Assembly (NCBI GenBank): GCA_963762565.1
Contig: CAVXLD010000001.1
Location: 1,280,001 to 1,344,000, forward strand
DNA: 64,000 nucleotides
Origin: an uncultured Verrucomicrobiae bacterium
Lineage (GTDB): Bacteria > Verrucomicrobiota > Verrucomicrobiia > Chthoniobacterales > JAFAMB01
Direction: 5' to 3'
Of this stretch, positions 17,449-27,165 are shown piece by piece; position 1 is the stretch's first letter, and each line of letters begins with the position of its first letter. The translations under genes and the position numbers were made by a program. The notes below the pieces were generated by a model. It saw nothing but the letters and a program-made list of their open reading frames with translations. It did not search any database and was not told the DNA's origin.

Positions 17449-18552
17449 ATGAAATCATCAATCACCGAAAGCGAGCCGTCTGCCTCTTCGGGGTCGACCC
17501 ACGACTTAAGCCCGCTGATGGGCTCCTGTCCCATCCCGATATCCGACTATCCGGGGATCGTGTTGGCTCACGGCAGCGGTGGGAAATTGAGCCAGCAGCT
17601 AATTCAGAAGATTGTGCTCCCCCAGTTCCGAAACGAGCTGCTCGAGCCGCTCCATGACGGTGCGATTTTCTCGCTGAATGGGGTCCGGCTTGCCTTCAGC
17701 ACGGATTCCTTTGTCGTCAGCCCGATCTTTTTCCCGGGTGGCGATATCGGCAAACTTGCCGTGCACGGGACGGTCAATGACATTGCCATGTGCGGCGCCC
17801 GGCCTCTTTATTTGTCGGCCGCATTTATCCTGGAGGAGGGAACATCCATGGAGGATTTTTGGAGGATCGTTTCTTCGATGCGTGAAGCGGCTGCCGAAGC
17901 CGGTGTGACGCTGGTAACCGGTGATACCAAGGTGGTCGATAGGGGTAAGGCCGATAAAATCTTCATCAATACCTCAGGGATCGGCATTGTGCCGGATGGC
18001 ATCAACATCGGCCCCGGACGCGCCCAAGTTGGAGACAAGATCATCGTGAGCGGTGAGATCGCCGTGCACGGAATGGCGATCATGTCGGTTCGTGAGGGAT
18101 TGGAGTTTGAAACCCAGATCGCGAGTGACACCGCGCCACTCAATCGCCTGGTTGAGACCATCCTGGCGGCGGCTCCGGATGTTCACGTCTTTCGCGATCC
18201 AACCCGAGGCGGAATCACCAGTGCTCTGAGTGAGATCGCCCAAACCGCTAAAATTGGCATCCGTCTCGATGAAGCTCAGATTCCGATCAGCGAAGAAGTG
18301 AAAGGCGCTTGTGAAATCCTTGGCCTCGACCCGCTTTACGTTGCGAACGAAGGGAAACTGTTGGCGATCGTCCCGGCTGGGTCTGCCGAAAAGGTGCTAA
18401 GCGCAATGCGTGCGCATCCCCTCGGCTCAAAGGCAGCCGTCATCGGTGAGGTGGTAGCGGATCATCCGGAGTTTGTAACCATGAAAACGCGGGTTGGTGG
18501 AACCCGGGTCGTGGATATGCTGTCCGGAGAACAGCTGCCGAGAATCTGTTAG
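17449..18552 (+). CDS. hypE: Carbamoyl dehydratase HypE
   Basis: HGSGG, TDSFVVSP, RDPTRGG, ANEGK, C-terminal PRIC. Confidence 0.97.
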   Translation: MKSSITESEPSASSGSTHDLSPLMGSCPIPISDYPGIVLAHGSGGKLSQQLIQKIVLPQFRNELLEPLHDGAIFSLNGVRLAFSTDSFVVSPIFFPGGDIGKLAVHGTVNDIAMCGARPLYLSAAFILEEGTSMEDFWRIVSSMREAAAEAGVTLVTGDTKVVDRGKADKIFINTSGIGIVPDGINIGPGRAQVGDKIIVSGEIAVHGMAIMSVREGLEFETQIASDTAPLNRLVETILAAAPDVHVFRDPTRGGITSALSEIAQTAKIGIRLDEAQIPISEEVKGACEILGLDPLYVANEGKLLAIVPAGSAEKVLSAMRAHPLGSKAAVIGEVVADHPEFVTMKTRVGGTRVVDMLSGEQLPRIC

Positions 18553-18752
18553 TGCTTGCAGCTACAGGCTTTTGGCCGGCACAGGTGGTATCCACCGAAG
18601 TTGAGCTCGATATCCGCAGCTGCGGAATGATCCGCGCACAACAGACAGAGATATCCGATCTCCTGATCTTGATATTTGAGTGCTCGATAGCCGTTACAGC
18701 AGTCGCAGTGACCGACTAAATGGTGACTTATTTTTCTAATTGCTACGTTCAT
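18549..18752 (-). CDS. Small Cys/His-rich hypothetical protein (67 aa)
   Basis: HCDCC...CLLC...H...CxxxxCxC; ATG at 18752; convergent with hypE. Confidence 0.4.
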   Translation of the reverse strand: MNVAIRKISHHLVGHCDCCNGYRALKYQDQEIGYLCLLCADHSAAADIELNFGGYHLCRPKACSCKH

Positions 18753-19035
18753 TTTCCACTTACAGCTCCCAAGTAACGATGTTTTAGCACTTCTCGTGCC
18801 CAATCAATCGCTCTTTGGAATAAGGTCCGACTCGGCAAAACGATTACGCGTGGCTTCGCGCCCACTCGTGGACTCCTGGCGCTGGCGGTCCGCTGCGAGG
18901 GGTCGAACTTTCGAACATTAGCGTTCTTGCGGGTCGCAAATACTAAGGCGCTGGGCTCAAGGAGGTTAGTCCGAGGAAAGTTTGTCGGACGAAAGCGACC
19001 GCAAACCCATCGCGCCCCGCGGGCGTCGGGACTTA

Positions 19036-19255
19036 TCCCGAAGGGATAATAGGACTTAGCCTGGGGTTTTAACCCCAGGGTACAGACGAAAGAGGAATAC
19101 CGCCCTGATGGGGCGGAAGAATCATTGCCTCAGGAACGACGTTAATCCAACGAAACCAAACCCAACAGATCTTCTTCCGCCCCTACAGGGCGGGCGCTTT
19201 GTTCCTGTGATCCAGGGGTTGAAACCCCTGGCTGAGTCCTCAAGTCCCTTCGGGA
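19036..19255. repeat. Multi-hairpin palindromic repeat (220 bp)
   Basis: TCCCGAAGGGA/TCCCTTCGGGA ends, AGGACTTAGCC/GGCTGAGTCCT, internal CTGGGGTTTTAACCCCAG and CGCCCT..GGGCG hairpins. Confidence 0.8.
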
Positions 19256-19345
19256 CAAGAACCAACCGCGGTTTGGGCAAAGTCCGACAATTCCCGAAAA
19301 TAGAAATTTTCAGTCTCGATTTTGGATTACGATTGCAGCCAGTCC

Positions 19346-20392
19346 CTATTCCGGTGTCGCGGCTGCGGGCGACTCTAATCGATCAAAACCTTTGATTCGA
19401 TAAACGACGATCGACCCTATCCAACTGAGTACAAATACCCCGATGATCATGAAGCCCAACGCGCCGAAATTGTCATTTAGACTACCCACGAAGTCCCAAA
19501 GTCCCCCACTTAGCTTCAGTTGATCTTTCACCAGGCCGATTGCCTCGATTCCTCCGATCAAAAGAGCCACTACGACGGAAACGAAAGTAATCGTTAGGTT
19601 GTAATAGAGTTTACGAACGGGTTTGACGAATGCCCATCCGTAAGCGCCGACCATCAAAACGCCATCGGTCGTGTCGACCAACGTCATGCCGGCGGTAAAG
19701 AGGATCGGGAAAATTGCCATGGTTTGCAGCGATAACCCCTTGGCTGCGGCCGCCGCGGAAATGCCAAGAATAGCGACTTCAGTTGCGGTGTCGAATCCAA
19801 GCCCAAACAGTAAGCCAATCGGATACATCTGCCAGGGAGAGGACAGGAAGCGGAACAGTGGACGAAAAAGCCGGCCTAACAGGCCGGTTCCCATCAGAGT
19901 ATCGGGAGTCTGGTTAGTATAACCCTCTCCTCTCCGGACTGCTTGGAACGCCTTCCACACTCCACGCAGGATGATGATGTTGATAAGCGCGATCGAAATC
20001 AGGAAAAAAGCCGAAATCGATGTACCGATGATGCTGCCAATCTCTCGGGCAACGTCTATTTGCCGCTCAACCACGGACGCGGTCGCGTACACCAGGAGCG
20101 AGGCTATCACTACGACCGTCGAGTGACCGAGCGAAAAGAAAAGCCCGATACCCACCGGTCGTTGGCCTTCCTGCATCAATTTGCGGGTAACATTGTCAAT
20201 CGCAGCGATGTGATCGGCGTCTACTGCATGCCGCAGGCCAAAAGAGTACGCGAGAAAAGCTGTCCCAAGCAGGAGTGGCTTGTCGTGAAAAGCGAGCACG
20301 GCCCACACCCAAGCGCCGATATTTACTACGCCCAACAATGTGTAAACCCCTACTAACCGGCCACGGAAATTAGGGGGAAGCACCTCACTCAT
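19346..20392 (-). CDS. hoxN: HoxN/HupN/NixA family nickel-cobalt permease
   Basis: GLRHAVDADHIAAIDN, FFSLGHSTVV, LFGLGFDTATE. Confidence 0.95.
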   Translation of the reverse strand: MSEVLPPNFRGRLVGVYTLLGVVNIGAWVWAVLAFHDKPLLLGTAFLAYSFGLRHAVDADHIAAIDNVTRKLMQEGQRPVGIGLFFSLGHSTVVVIASLLVYATASVVERQIDVAREIGSIIGTSISAFFLISIALINIIILRGVWKAFQAVRRGEGYTNQTPDTLMGTGLLGRLFRPLFRFLSSPWQMYPIGLLFGLGFDTATEVAILGISAAAAAKGLSLQTMAIFPILFTAGMTLVDTTDGVLMVGAYGWAFVKPVRKLYYNLTITFVSVVVALLIGGIEAIGLVKDQLKLSGGLWDFVGSLNDNFGALGFMIIGVFVLSWIGSIVVYRIKGFDRLESPAAATPE

Positions 20393-20515
20393 GCGACATT
20401 GTTCGGGGGCTTGCTCTAGGAAATCGCGCGCTCCGCGATCATTAAATATGCTAACTCGGGAGCAATTGGCCGTCTAGCAAAAGACCGGGTTTTTGGGGCT
20501 TGCCGCGTAGCGGCC

Positions 20516-22063
20516 TTACCTAGCGGGCTGATAATCTGCAGACTCCGTCTGATCCGCTGCCGCTTTACCTACGCGATTGAACAAGGGAGTCAGGACGACC
20601 GCTAGGACCAAATTTAAAGCCACGCTATAAAGCGCGCTGTACCCGGGAAACGTCCAACCGGCGATTTGTAACGGAAACGTAGCGCTGAAGTTCATCACTG
20701 CGGCCATCCAGGTGCCGGTGGTGATACCCACGCCCCAGCCAATCAACTGAGCCCAGGGGTTGAGCCAACGCGTATAGGCGCCGATTAACACCGCGGGCAA
20801 GGTCTGAATGATCCATATCCCGCCGAGCAATTGAAGTTGGATTGCGTATTGAGATGGTAACAAAAGGATAAAAATCAATGCGCCGAATTTCACGATCAGG
20901 GACATCCACTTCGCCATCTGCGATTCTTGTTTGGCGCTGGCGTTGCGGTGAAAAAACTCGCGGTAGATGTTGCGGGTAAACAGATTCGCTGCGGCAATCG
21001 ACATAATGGCGGCCGGCACCAGCGCGCCGATGCCGATGGCAGCAAAGGCGACACCAACGAACCAGGAAGGGAATGCGTGCAGCAGCAACGCCGGGACCGC
21101 AAAACTCGCTTTGAAGACTTTAAACCCAGCGGCGAATTCCGGGAGTTTATCGACGCCGAGCGCGAACGCCATCAACCCAAGGAGGGTTAATAACCCCAAC
21201 ATAAACGAATAGGCCGGCAAAAGAGCAGCATTACGACGAACGGCGCCTCGGTTGCTGGCGCTGAGGATACCGGTCATCGAATGGGGATAAAGGAATAAGG
21301 CCAGCGCGGACCCGAGCGCGAGGGTAGCATAAGCACCGTACGCGCCGGTCGTCTGGCCATGCGGCACAGCCAGAATTAATTTCTGCATGGGGATCGCCGC
21401 GAATATCTTTCCGAAGCCGCCGACCTGGATCGGAATGACGATACAAGCAGTGAAGGCGGTGATATAAATTAATAAATCTTTGACGACGGCAATAGCGGCC
21501 GGAGCTCTCAAGCCGCTGGAGTAGGTGAACGCGGCCAGAATAATGAATGCAACGATCAAAGGTACCTCACCTAACCAGCCTTCACCGTTCAATCCCAGAC
21601 CGCCGATGATCACCTGCAGCCCGACTAATTGAAGCGCGATGTATGGCATCGTGGCGACGATACCGGTAACAGCGACGGCTAAAGCCAGCCACCGGTTGCC
21701 GAAACGGCCAATCACGAAGTCGGCTGCGGTAATGTAGCCGTGTTTGTGACAGACAGACCATAACCGGGGGAATACCACTAACAGGATCGGATAGATCACG
21801 ATGGTATAGGGCACGGCAAAGAAGGCGACTGCTCCCGCGCCGAAGGCTAATGCCGGCACTGCAATGAATGTGTAGGCTGTGTATAGGTCACCGCCGACCA
21901 AAAACCAGGTGATCAGCGTTCCGAAACGGCGTCCCCCTAACCCCCATTCATGGAGTAAATTGAGGTCGCCGCGCCGCCAATGGGCCGCGGCGAAACCTAA
22001 CCAGGTAATGAAACCGAATAGCAGGGCGAAAACAATGAGAGCGATCCAATTGATGTTCTGCAC
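20516..22063 (-). CDS. Sodium:solute symporter, MctP-like monocarboxylate permease
   Basis: EWGLGGRRFG, GGDLYTAYTF, ATMPYIALQLVG; paired with DUF3311. Confidence 0.88.
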   Translation of the reverse strand: MQNINWIALIVFALLFGFITWLGFAAAHWRRGDLNLLHEWGLGGRRFGTLITWFLVGGDLYTAYTFIAVPALAFGAGAVAFFAVPYTIVIYPILLVVFPRLWSVCHKHGYITAADFVIGRFGNRWLALAVAVTGIVATMPYIALQLVGLQVIIGGLGLNGEGWLGEVPLIVAFIILAAFTYSSGLRAPAAIAVVKDLLIYITAFTACIVIPIQVGGFGKIFAAIPMQKLILAVPHGQTTGAYGAYATLALGSALALFLYPHSMTGILSASNRGAVRRNAALLPAYSFMLGLLTLLGLMAFALGVDKLPEFAAGFKVFKASFAVPALLLHAFPSWFVGVAFAAIGIGALVPAAIMSIAAANLFTRNIYREFFHRNASAKQESQMAKWMSLIVKFGALIFILLLPSQYAIQLQLLGGIWIIQTLPAVLIGAYTRWLNPWAQLIGWGVGITTGTWMAAVMNFSATFPLQIAGWTFPGYSALYSVALNLVLAVVLTPLFNRVGKAAADQTESADYQPAR

Positions 22064-22125
22064 GGGTTAACGGTTGGGCAGTTTGCAGTTTGCAGTTTCC
22101 GGGGATCCCGGCGTTCTAATGGCTT

Positions 22126-22326
22126 TCATTCGGTTGCGAAATAGACGATCGCCGTGATTCCAGCCCCGATGAATACCATCAGCATTTGGTACCAATAAAA
22201 GAACGGTATTCCGGCCCAAGCCGGCTCAACTGAGTTGTAAAACGGTACCCACAGGGTGCTCACGAATTGCACCAACAGGAGAAGATACCACCAGTTGCCA
22301 CCGGGCTTACGCTTCTTGCTATCCAT
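22126..22326 (-). CDS. DUF3311 small membrane protein (symporter partner)
   Basis: LWVPFYN..P...GIPFFYWYQ. Confidence 0.88.
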   Translation of the reverse strand: MDSKKRKPGGNWWYLLLLVQFVSTLWVPFYNSVEPAWAGIPFFYWYQMLMVFIGAGITAIVYFATE

Positions 22327-22649
22327 GGAGGGGCTGAAGGTCTGCCTACTACAGACCGTTTATTGTACGCGTATTATCAGGATTTTTGTCGCTCTGTCGA
22401 GGCTTTGCGGAAGCGTAAGCCGTGGAGCGCTGCCTCGCTTGCGAGGCCGTGGTGAACAGGGGAGCCGGATCAGGTTTAATCCCCTTTCCTGTGTAGCGCT
22501 CCATCGTTTGCAGATTGCCGACCCTGGTTTGACGACATGGGTTTTGCGACAGTCGAAACGCGAACCGCAGCCACCCGGCTGGCCGTTGACGCGTTGGCAC
22601 CTGCAGCCTAAAGGTGCCTCAAAGGCCGACTCAGCTAGAGCACCATTCT

Positions 22650-23177
22650 ATGGTAACCCAACGCCAGGCCCTTTTCGAAACCGCGCATTTTACGGCCGAG
22701 TTATTGTCAGCCGCAGATCTCGATTTGGTAATTCGGCTGAATGAGACGTGTAGCGACTTTTTCTTTTTTCAGAATGGGCTCCCGCCAAGTGAAGAAGACG
22801 CTCGTGAGGTTTTCGAATCCCTGCCTCCGCAATCCGATGGTGTAACCAAACTACCCGTTGGGATTTTTCATTCGGGAAAGCTGGTCGGAATTATGGATGT
22901 TTTGCGCGGCTACCGGACCTGTTCGGATTGGTATATCGGTTTCATGTTGTTGGCTCCGAGTGTTCGAGGTCAGGGTTTCGGAACTGAAGTCCATGATGAA
23001 TTCGTCAGATATGCTCGCCGCCGAGGTAGCAAGCGGCTGCTTCTGGCTGTCCTAGAAGCAAATGAGTCCGCTCGTAGGTTTTGGCTCCGCCTAGGTTATC
23101 GCAAAGTCAGAGATTACCCGCCGAGACAGTTTGGTCAGCGTCTCCATGCGTGTACTGAGTTCGAATTGATTCTTTAA
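22650..23177 (+). CDS. GNAT family N-acetyltransferase
   Basis: WYIGFMLL, RGQGFGT, NESARRFWLRLGY. Confidence 0.85.
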   Translation: MVTQRQALFETAHFTAELLSAADLDLVIRLNETCSDFFFFQNGLPPSEEDAREVFESLPPQSDGVTKLPVGIFHSGKLVGIMDVLRGYRTCSDWYIGFMLLAPSVRGQGFGTEVHDEFVRYARRRGSKRLLLAVLEANESARRFWLRLGYRKVRDYPPRQFGQRLHACTEFELIL

Positions 23178-23245
23178 TGGGTTGGCAACCTCGGAAGCCG
23201 CCCGGGAGCCACGTCGCTCTTGGATTTAGCGCAGCTCTGTCGCCC

Positions 23246-23410
23246 GGGAGGGATCGCGTCCCCGCGATCCGCTGTTATCGGAGCCGAGGACGTGTTCTGA
23301 TCGCGAACAAAAATACACGTTTGGGTTATGGCACGTCCTCGCGGCGCGCGGGGATCCTCCGTCGCTAAAGCTATGGCGGACAGGCTGCGCGCCCTCCCCG
23401 GTTTGCACCC
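23246..23410. repeat. Family-3 REP doublet with micro-element (23355-23384) in the right REP
   Basis: GGGAGGGATCGCGTCCCCGCGATCCG ... CGGCGCGCGGGGA[30 bp]..GCGCGCCCTCCC; relatives at 32248, 36976, 40648. Confidence 0.85.
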
Positions 23411-23421
23411 TGCGACTCCTG

Positions 23422-24204
23422 CTAGGCCGGCTTCACCGCTACCGCAACCAGCCGTTGTGCTTTCAAATCGTAAGGGATGCCTTGTAACGAGCCAAAAAGC
23501 CTTACCTTCTCAAAACCGGCTTCCTTTAGCAGGTCAGCCATTTCTCGGCCCGAGTACAATGCATTATCGAATTGGACTTCGGCGACCTTCCCGTCCCGAA
23601 TCAGAAACCAGTGCGAACGGATCCGGTACCAATCATCAATGATTTCGCGGGTCGATACCCAAATACTTCCGTCTGGCTGCTCGCGGACTTCGCTGGGCGC
23701 AAATCCGCGAGCGACGATTTCTTTTCCCATCACATCGATAATGAAAAACCCGCCCGGCGCCAAAGAACGGAAAACATTTCGCAGCACAGTCAGGTCTTCC
23801 TCAACGTCTCCGAAATAGCCAAACGAAGTGAAGAGATTGATAACGAGATCAAATTCGTCCGGACGAACAAACGAGCGCATATCGGCTTGCACCCATTCGA
23901 TATTGAGCTTCTCAAATTCCGCTCGCGATCTCGCCTTTTCCAATAGAGACGGGCTTCGATCCACGCCGGTAACTTGAGCGCCTTGCCTAGCTAGCGGAAT
24001 TGAATGCCGCCCGGGACCGCAGCCCAGATCGAGGACCCTGGCAAAAGGTTTTCCCGTTAATTTCGCGAACTCGCCTACTTCCGCTTCGGCAGAGATGAAT
24101 CTGTCCTCTGAGAATGTGAAAGGATAAATCGATTCCCAGAAGTGCTCGTCTTCAAACCATGAGCAACCAGGCGTGGGGGCGTTTTCGGTTCTTGGGGAGT
24201 CCAT
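23422..24204 (-). CDS. Class I SAM-dependent methyltransferase
   Basis: VLDLGCGPGRH, DMR, NLFTSFGYF. Confidence 0.9.
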   Translation of the reverse strand: MDSPRTENAPTPGCSWFEDEHFWESIYPFTFSEDRFISAEAEVGEFAKLTGKPFARVLDLGCGPGRHSIPLARQGAQVTGVDRSPSLLEKARSRAEFEKLNIEWVQADMRSFVRPDEFDLVINLFTSFGYFGDVEEDLTVLRNVFRSLAPGGFFIIDVMGKEIVARGFAPSEVREQPDGSIWVSTREIIDDWYRIRSHWFLIRDGKVAEVQFDNALYSGREMADLLKEAGFEKVRLFGSLQGIPYDLKAQRLVAVAVKPA

Positions 24205-24257
24205 GCTGAGGAGATTTCTTTGTGTGGCGCAGGCTTATGGTTTGTAAAGCGGCTTTA

Positions 24258-24547
24258 GTGTCCTGTCCCATAAATAACGTGGCTTTCGTTGCGATCAAAA
24301 TGGGCCGCCGGCAAGGCGGTCCGAGCCGGACTGGCGGTAGAGGGCGCATATCTAGATCGATACGTAACCGACGAGCAACGCAGCCGCCGGCCCATTTTCA
24401 TCGCAACCCTCCGGGCCGTGGCCAGTTGGCTGTTTTTCCGCGTTGCTCGCTCGACCCGTATGAACCAGATATGGGCGCTTCGCTCGCGCCTTGAAAAACA
24501 GCCAACTGACCGACGGCGAAAGCCACGTTATTTATGGGACAGGACAC
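24258..24547. mobile_element. MITE, 290 bp, perfect 31-bp terminal inverted repeats, TA duplication (IS630-like)
   Basis: TA|GTGTCCTGTCCCATAAATAACGTGGCTTTCG ... CGAAAGCCACGTTATTTATGGGACAGGACAC|TA; no transposase. Confidence 0.85.
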
Positions 24548-24664
24548 TAGCACGTACGCAAATTTCAATCTGAAACTACCGATCACGACAGCGGCCGGAG
24601 TTGCTATGATATCGATGTCCGCGAAAAAGTTTTGGGGAATTCCTGTTTTTTTCAGGCTTCTAAC

Positions 24665-24693
24665 TTGCGGCATATTCAGAGTCCTGCTAGTTT
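24665..24693 (+). promoter_or_regulatory. Sigma70-like promoter
   Basis: TTGCGG-N17-TAGTTT with TG at the extended -10 position. Confidence 0.5.
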
Positions 24694-24747
24694 ACGCGCT
24701 CTATTCCCGATTAATTACCTTACCGGTTCAACGAAGAGGAGAAACCT

Positions 24748-24831
24748 ATGATGCTAATGCTAGACCAAATTTCTCTCGACTCTCTCTTCCATGCAATGAT
24801 CCCGCCGGTAGTAGGTAAACGTCATCGTTAG
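24748..24831 (+). CDS. 27-aa small ORF (MMLMLDQISLDSLFHAMIPPVVGKRHR)
   Basis: Strong SD GAGGAG 6 nt upstream, promoter just upstream. Confidence 0.5.
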   Translation: MMLMLDQISLDSLFHAMIPPVVGKRHR

Positions 24832-25071
24832 GTTAGGCCTGGTTACAGGTAACCACCACTCTTGACGTTTAGCGGACGAAAAATAGTTCGCCTTAACGCG
24901 CTGTCGTGTTAATCGCCGATCCGGTGTGACTTGGGGTCGACCTTTCGCGAGCTGAATCAACAAGGCTCAGCGATCGAAGCGGCCTCCAAACCTGCTTCCC
25001 AGGGCTATGAAGCCCGCGCGTAGCAACTGTCTTCTCACCTGACCTTCCTCTTTTCCGATTTTTTATTTACC

Positions 25072-26301
25072 ATGAACCTGCACCGACTTTGGCAAAGGGC
25101 TGTTGGTGGGTTTCCACCCGGCTTTTGGACCTTGTGGTCTGGCATGCTGGTCAACCGCATAGGTGCCATGGCTTTTCCTTTTCTCTCTTTCTTCCTGATC
25201 AGTCGTGGTGTCCCCCAAAACGTAGCCGCGGCTGCAGTTTCTTGCTGGGGTATTGGCGGGCTAAGCGCTGCCTTCTTCGGAGGATGGAGTGCGGATAGGA
25301 TCGGCCGCAAATTTACGCTGTTAACCGGATTGCTTGGTTCCGTTGTGGCCATGTTCGCCATACCGTGGTGCCAGTCTCTGTTCCTGATCTATGCGTGCGC
25401 CTTTCTGGCCGGCTTTGCGGCCGACTTTCAAAGGCCTGCTGTCTCAGCCGCGGTAGCGGATCTAGTGCCGGTATCAGATAGAGTTCGCGCATACGCGCTT
25501 AACTATTGGGCGGTTAACATCGGAGCCAGCATTGCACCTCTCATCGGCGGCGCGCTGGCAACCATTAGTTTTCATTTCCTGTTCAGTTTCGATGGCACCA
25601 CTTCGCTGCTTTATTTTGCGATTATCCTATTCTGCTTTCGAGAGCCCCGGCAGCATGTCCAGCGAGTTCGGCGTTCTCCGTTTGCCGCGTTCAGCGACCG
25701 CCGTTTAGTTGTGCTTTTTGGGGTGGCTTGCTTGTTAACCGGTCAATTCTTCCAAGCCTATTCCACGCTGCCGCTGGTGATGAGCCAAAAAGGATTGGAT
25801 GCCTTTGATTTCAGCCGCGCAATGGCCACCAATGGTATTACGGTCGTGCTTCTGAGCATCCCTATCAGCCGATTTTTACAGCGTTGGTCACCGGCGGTCG
25901 GCCTGACCATCGCGGCAATTTCCACCGGGACTGGATTCTTCTTAACTCAGTTTGCACACACTACGCTGGAATACGCTGCGACGGTCTTCGTCTGGACACT
26001 AGGAGAAATCGCCATCGCCTCGACCACGCCAGCCCTGATCAGCCGGATCGCTCCGCCAGGTCAACAAGGGGTCTATCAAGGCTCCTACTCAATGTCCTGG
26101 TCTTTTGGGATTCTGCTGGGGCCGGTGGCCGGCGGATATATCCTGCAGACTTTTGGCGAGCATGTTCTTTGGTCCGGATGCGGGATAGTGGGACTTCTGG
26201 CCGGCGTCGGTTTTTGGTTTCTGCTCGGGAAAGCCGAAGTTGCCAACGAGCGAATCTCAAAACCTGAAGCGAAACAAGAGACTGCCCTCGAGCCTGAGTA
26301 G
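25072..26301 (+). CDS. MFS transporter (MdtH-like efflux)
   Basis: GGWSADRIGRK motif A, about 12 TM segments. Confidence 0.9.
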   Translation: MNLHRLWQRAVGGFPPGFWTLWSGMLVNRIGAMAFPFLSFFLISRGVPQNVAAAAVSCWGIGGLSAAFFGGWSADRIGRKFTLLTGLLGSVVAMFAIPWCQSLFLIYACAFLAGFAADFQRPAVSAAVADLVPVSDRVRAYALNYWAVNIGASIAPLIGGALATISFHFLFSFDGTTSLLYFAIILFCFREPRQHVQRVRRSPFAAFSDRRLVVLFGVACLLTGQFFQAYSTLPLVMSQKGLDAFDFSRAMATNGITVVLLSIPISRFLQRWSPAVGLTIAAISTGTGFFLTQFAHTTLEYAATVFVWTLGEIAIASTTPALISRIAPPGQQGVYQGSYSMSWSFGILLGPVAGGYILQTFGEHVLWSGCGIVGLLAGVGFWFLLGKAEVANERISKPEAKQETALEPE

Positions 26302-26376
26302 AAGAGGCCCGCCAGACAAATCGTTCTCCCGACTTCGCTGGCGAAACAGGGGTTGCAGCGTACAGACCACAAGCTA

Positions 26377-26407
26377 GTGTCCTGTCCCATAAATAACGTG
26401 GCTTTCG
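26377..26407. mobile_element. Solo MITE end
   Basis: CTA|GTGTCCTGTCCCATAAATAACGTGGCTTTCG, identical to the TIR at 24258. Confidence 0.8.
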
Positions 26408-26599
26408 CACGGATGGTCCTTATGGGACACATAGGACTAGTGAGCTGCACATTAGTCCCATTAATCCCGTTAGTCCCATAGGTCCCATTCGCCGAATGTT
26501 GCCCGCGTATTGATTTATCGCGCATGGTCACGGCACGAGGACGAGATCGAATATGCCTGATCTGAACCAAAACGCCGATTCGATTGTCTTATTAAGAGA

Positions 26600-27061
26600 A
26601 TGTCTCGAATGGCGTGCTTGATAGCCGTTAGTGTCCTTTTAGTCGAAACGCTGTTTTCTCAACCGACACCCAAGCTGGTCGCTTTTGATACATTGCTGGC
26701 GAACCCGCTGCGCTATGGCGGTAAGACAATCGCGTTGTATGGCGTTGTCGATAAATCTGAACCGACAACTGGGTTCACGCTCACCGGAGCCCAGAACTCA
26801 GGCACCACCGCAAAATCAAAGCACTCGCAGCTCCAAGCGAGTTGGATGAAGGACGCCACGGTGGTCTCGATACAGAAGGGCCAAGCAGCCATCGTCATCG
26901 GCCAAATTCAAATGCAAGGTAACACGGCGATTCTTCACGTCGCTAATATCATTACGGATAAAGGCGCGATCCGGCGATTCATCCGGCCATCAGAGCGAAA
27001 ACCACGACCGGGCGATAATCTCGGACACGACGCCCAACCCAGCAAATCGCTCTCGGACTGA
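26600..27061 (+). CDS. Secreted hypothetical protein (possible OB-fold)
   Basis: Signal-peptide-like N-terminus; LLANPLRYGGKTIALYGVV pattern; GAACC-N17-GTCT ECF-like promoter upstream. Confidence 0.6.
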   Translation: MSRMACLIAVSVLLVETLFSQPTPKLVAFDTLLANPLRYGGKTIALYGVVDKSEPTTGFTLTGAQNSGTTAKSKHSQLQASWMKDATVVSIQKGQAAIVIGQIQMQGNTAILHVANIITDKGAIRRFIRPSERKPRPGDNLGHDAQPSKSLSD

Positions 27062-27165
27062 CGCTTTGAGGTAGACAATCGGCTGCTACCACTGTTATCA
27101 AGCCTTCTTAACCTGTGGGTGACGGCCTCCTCACTCACCTTCGTTAATTGATCCTTGTTTTCCTT

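Noticed and set aside
18800..19035. Possible ncRNA or IS remnant
   Set aside because: Only short scattered stems, no second copy and no recognisable motif
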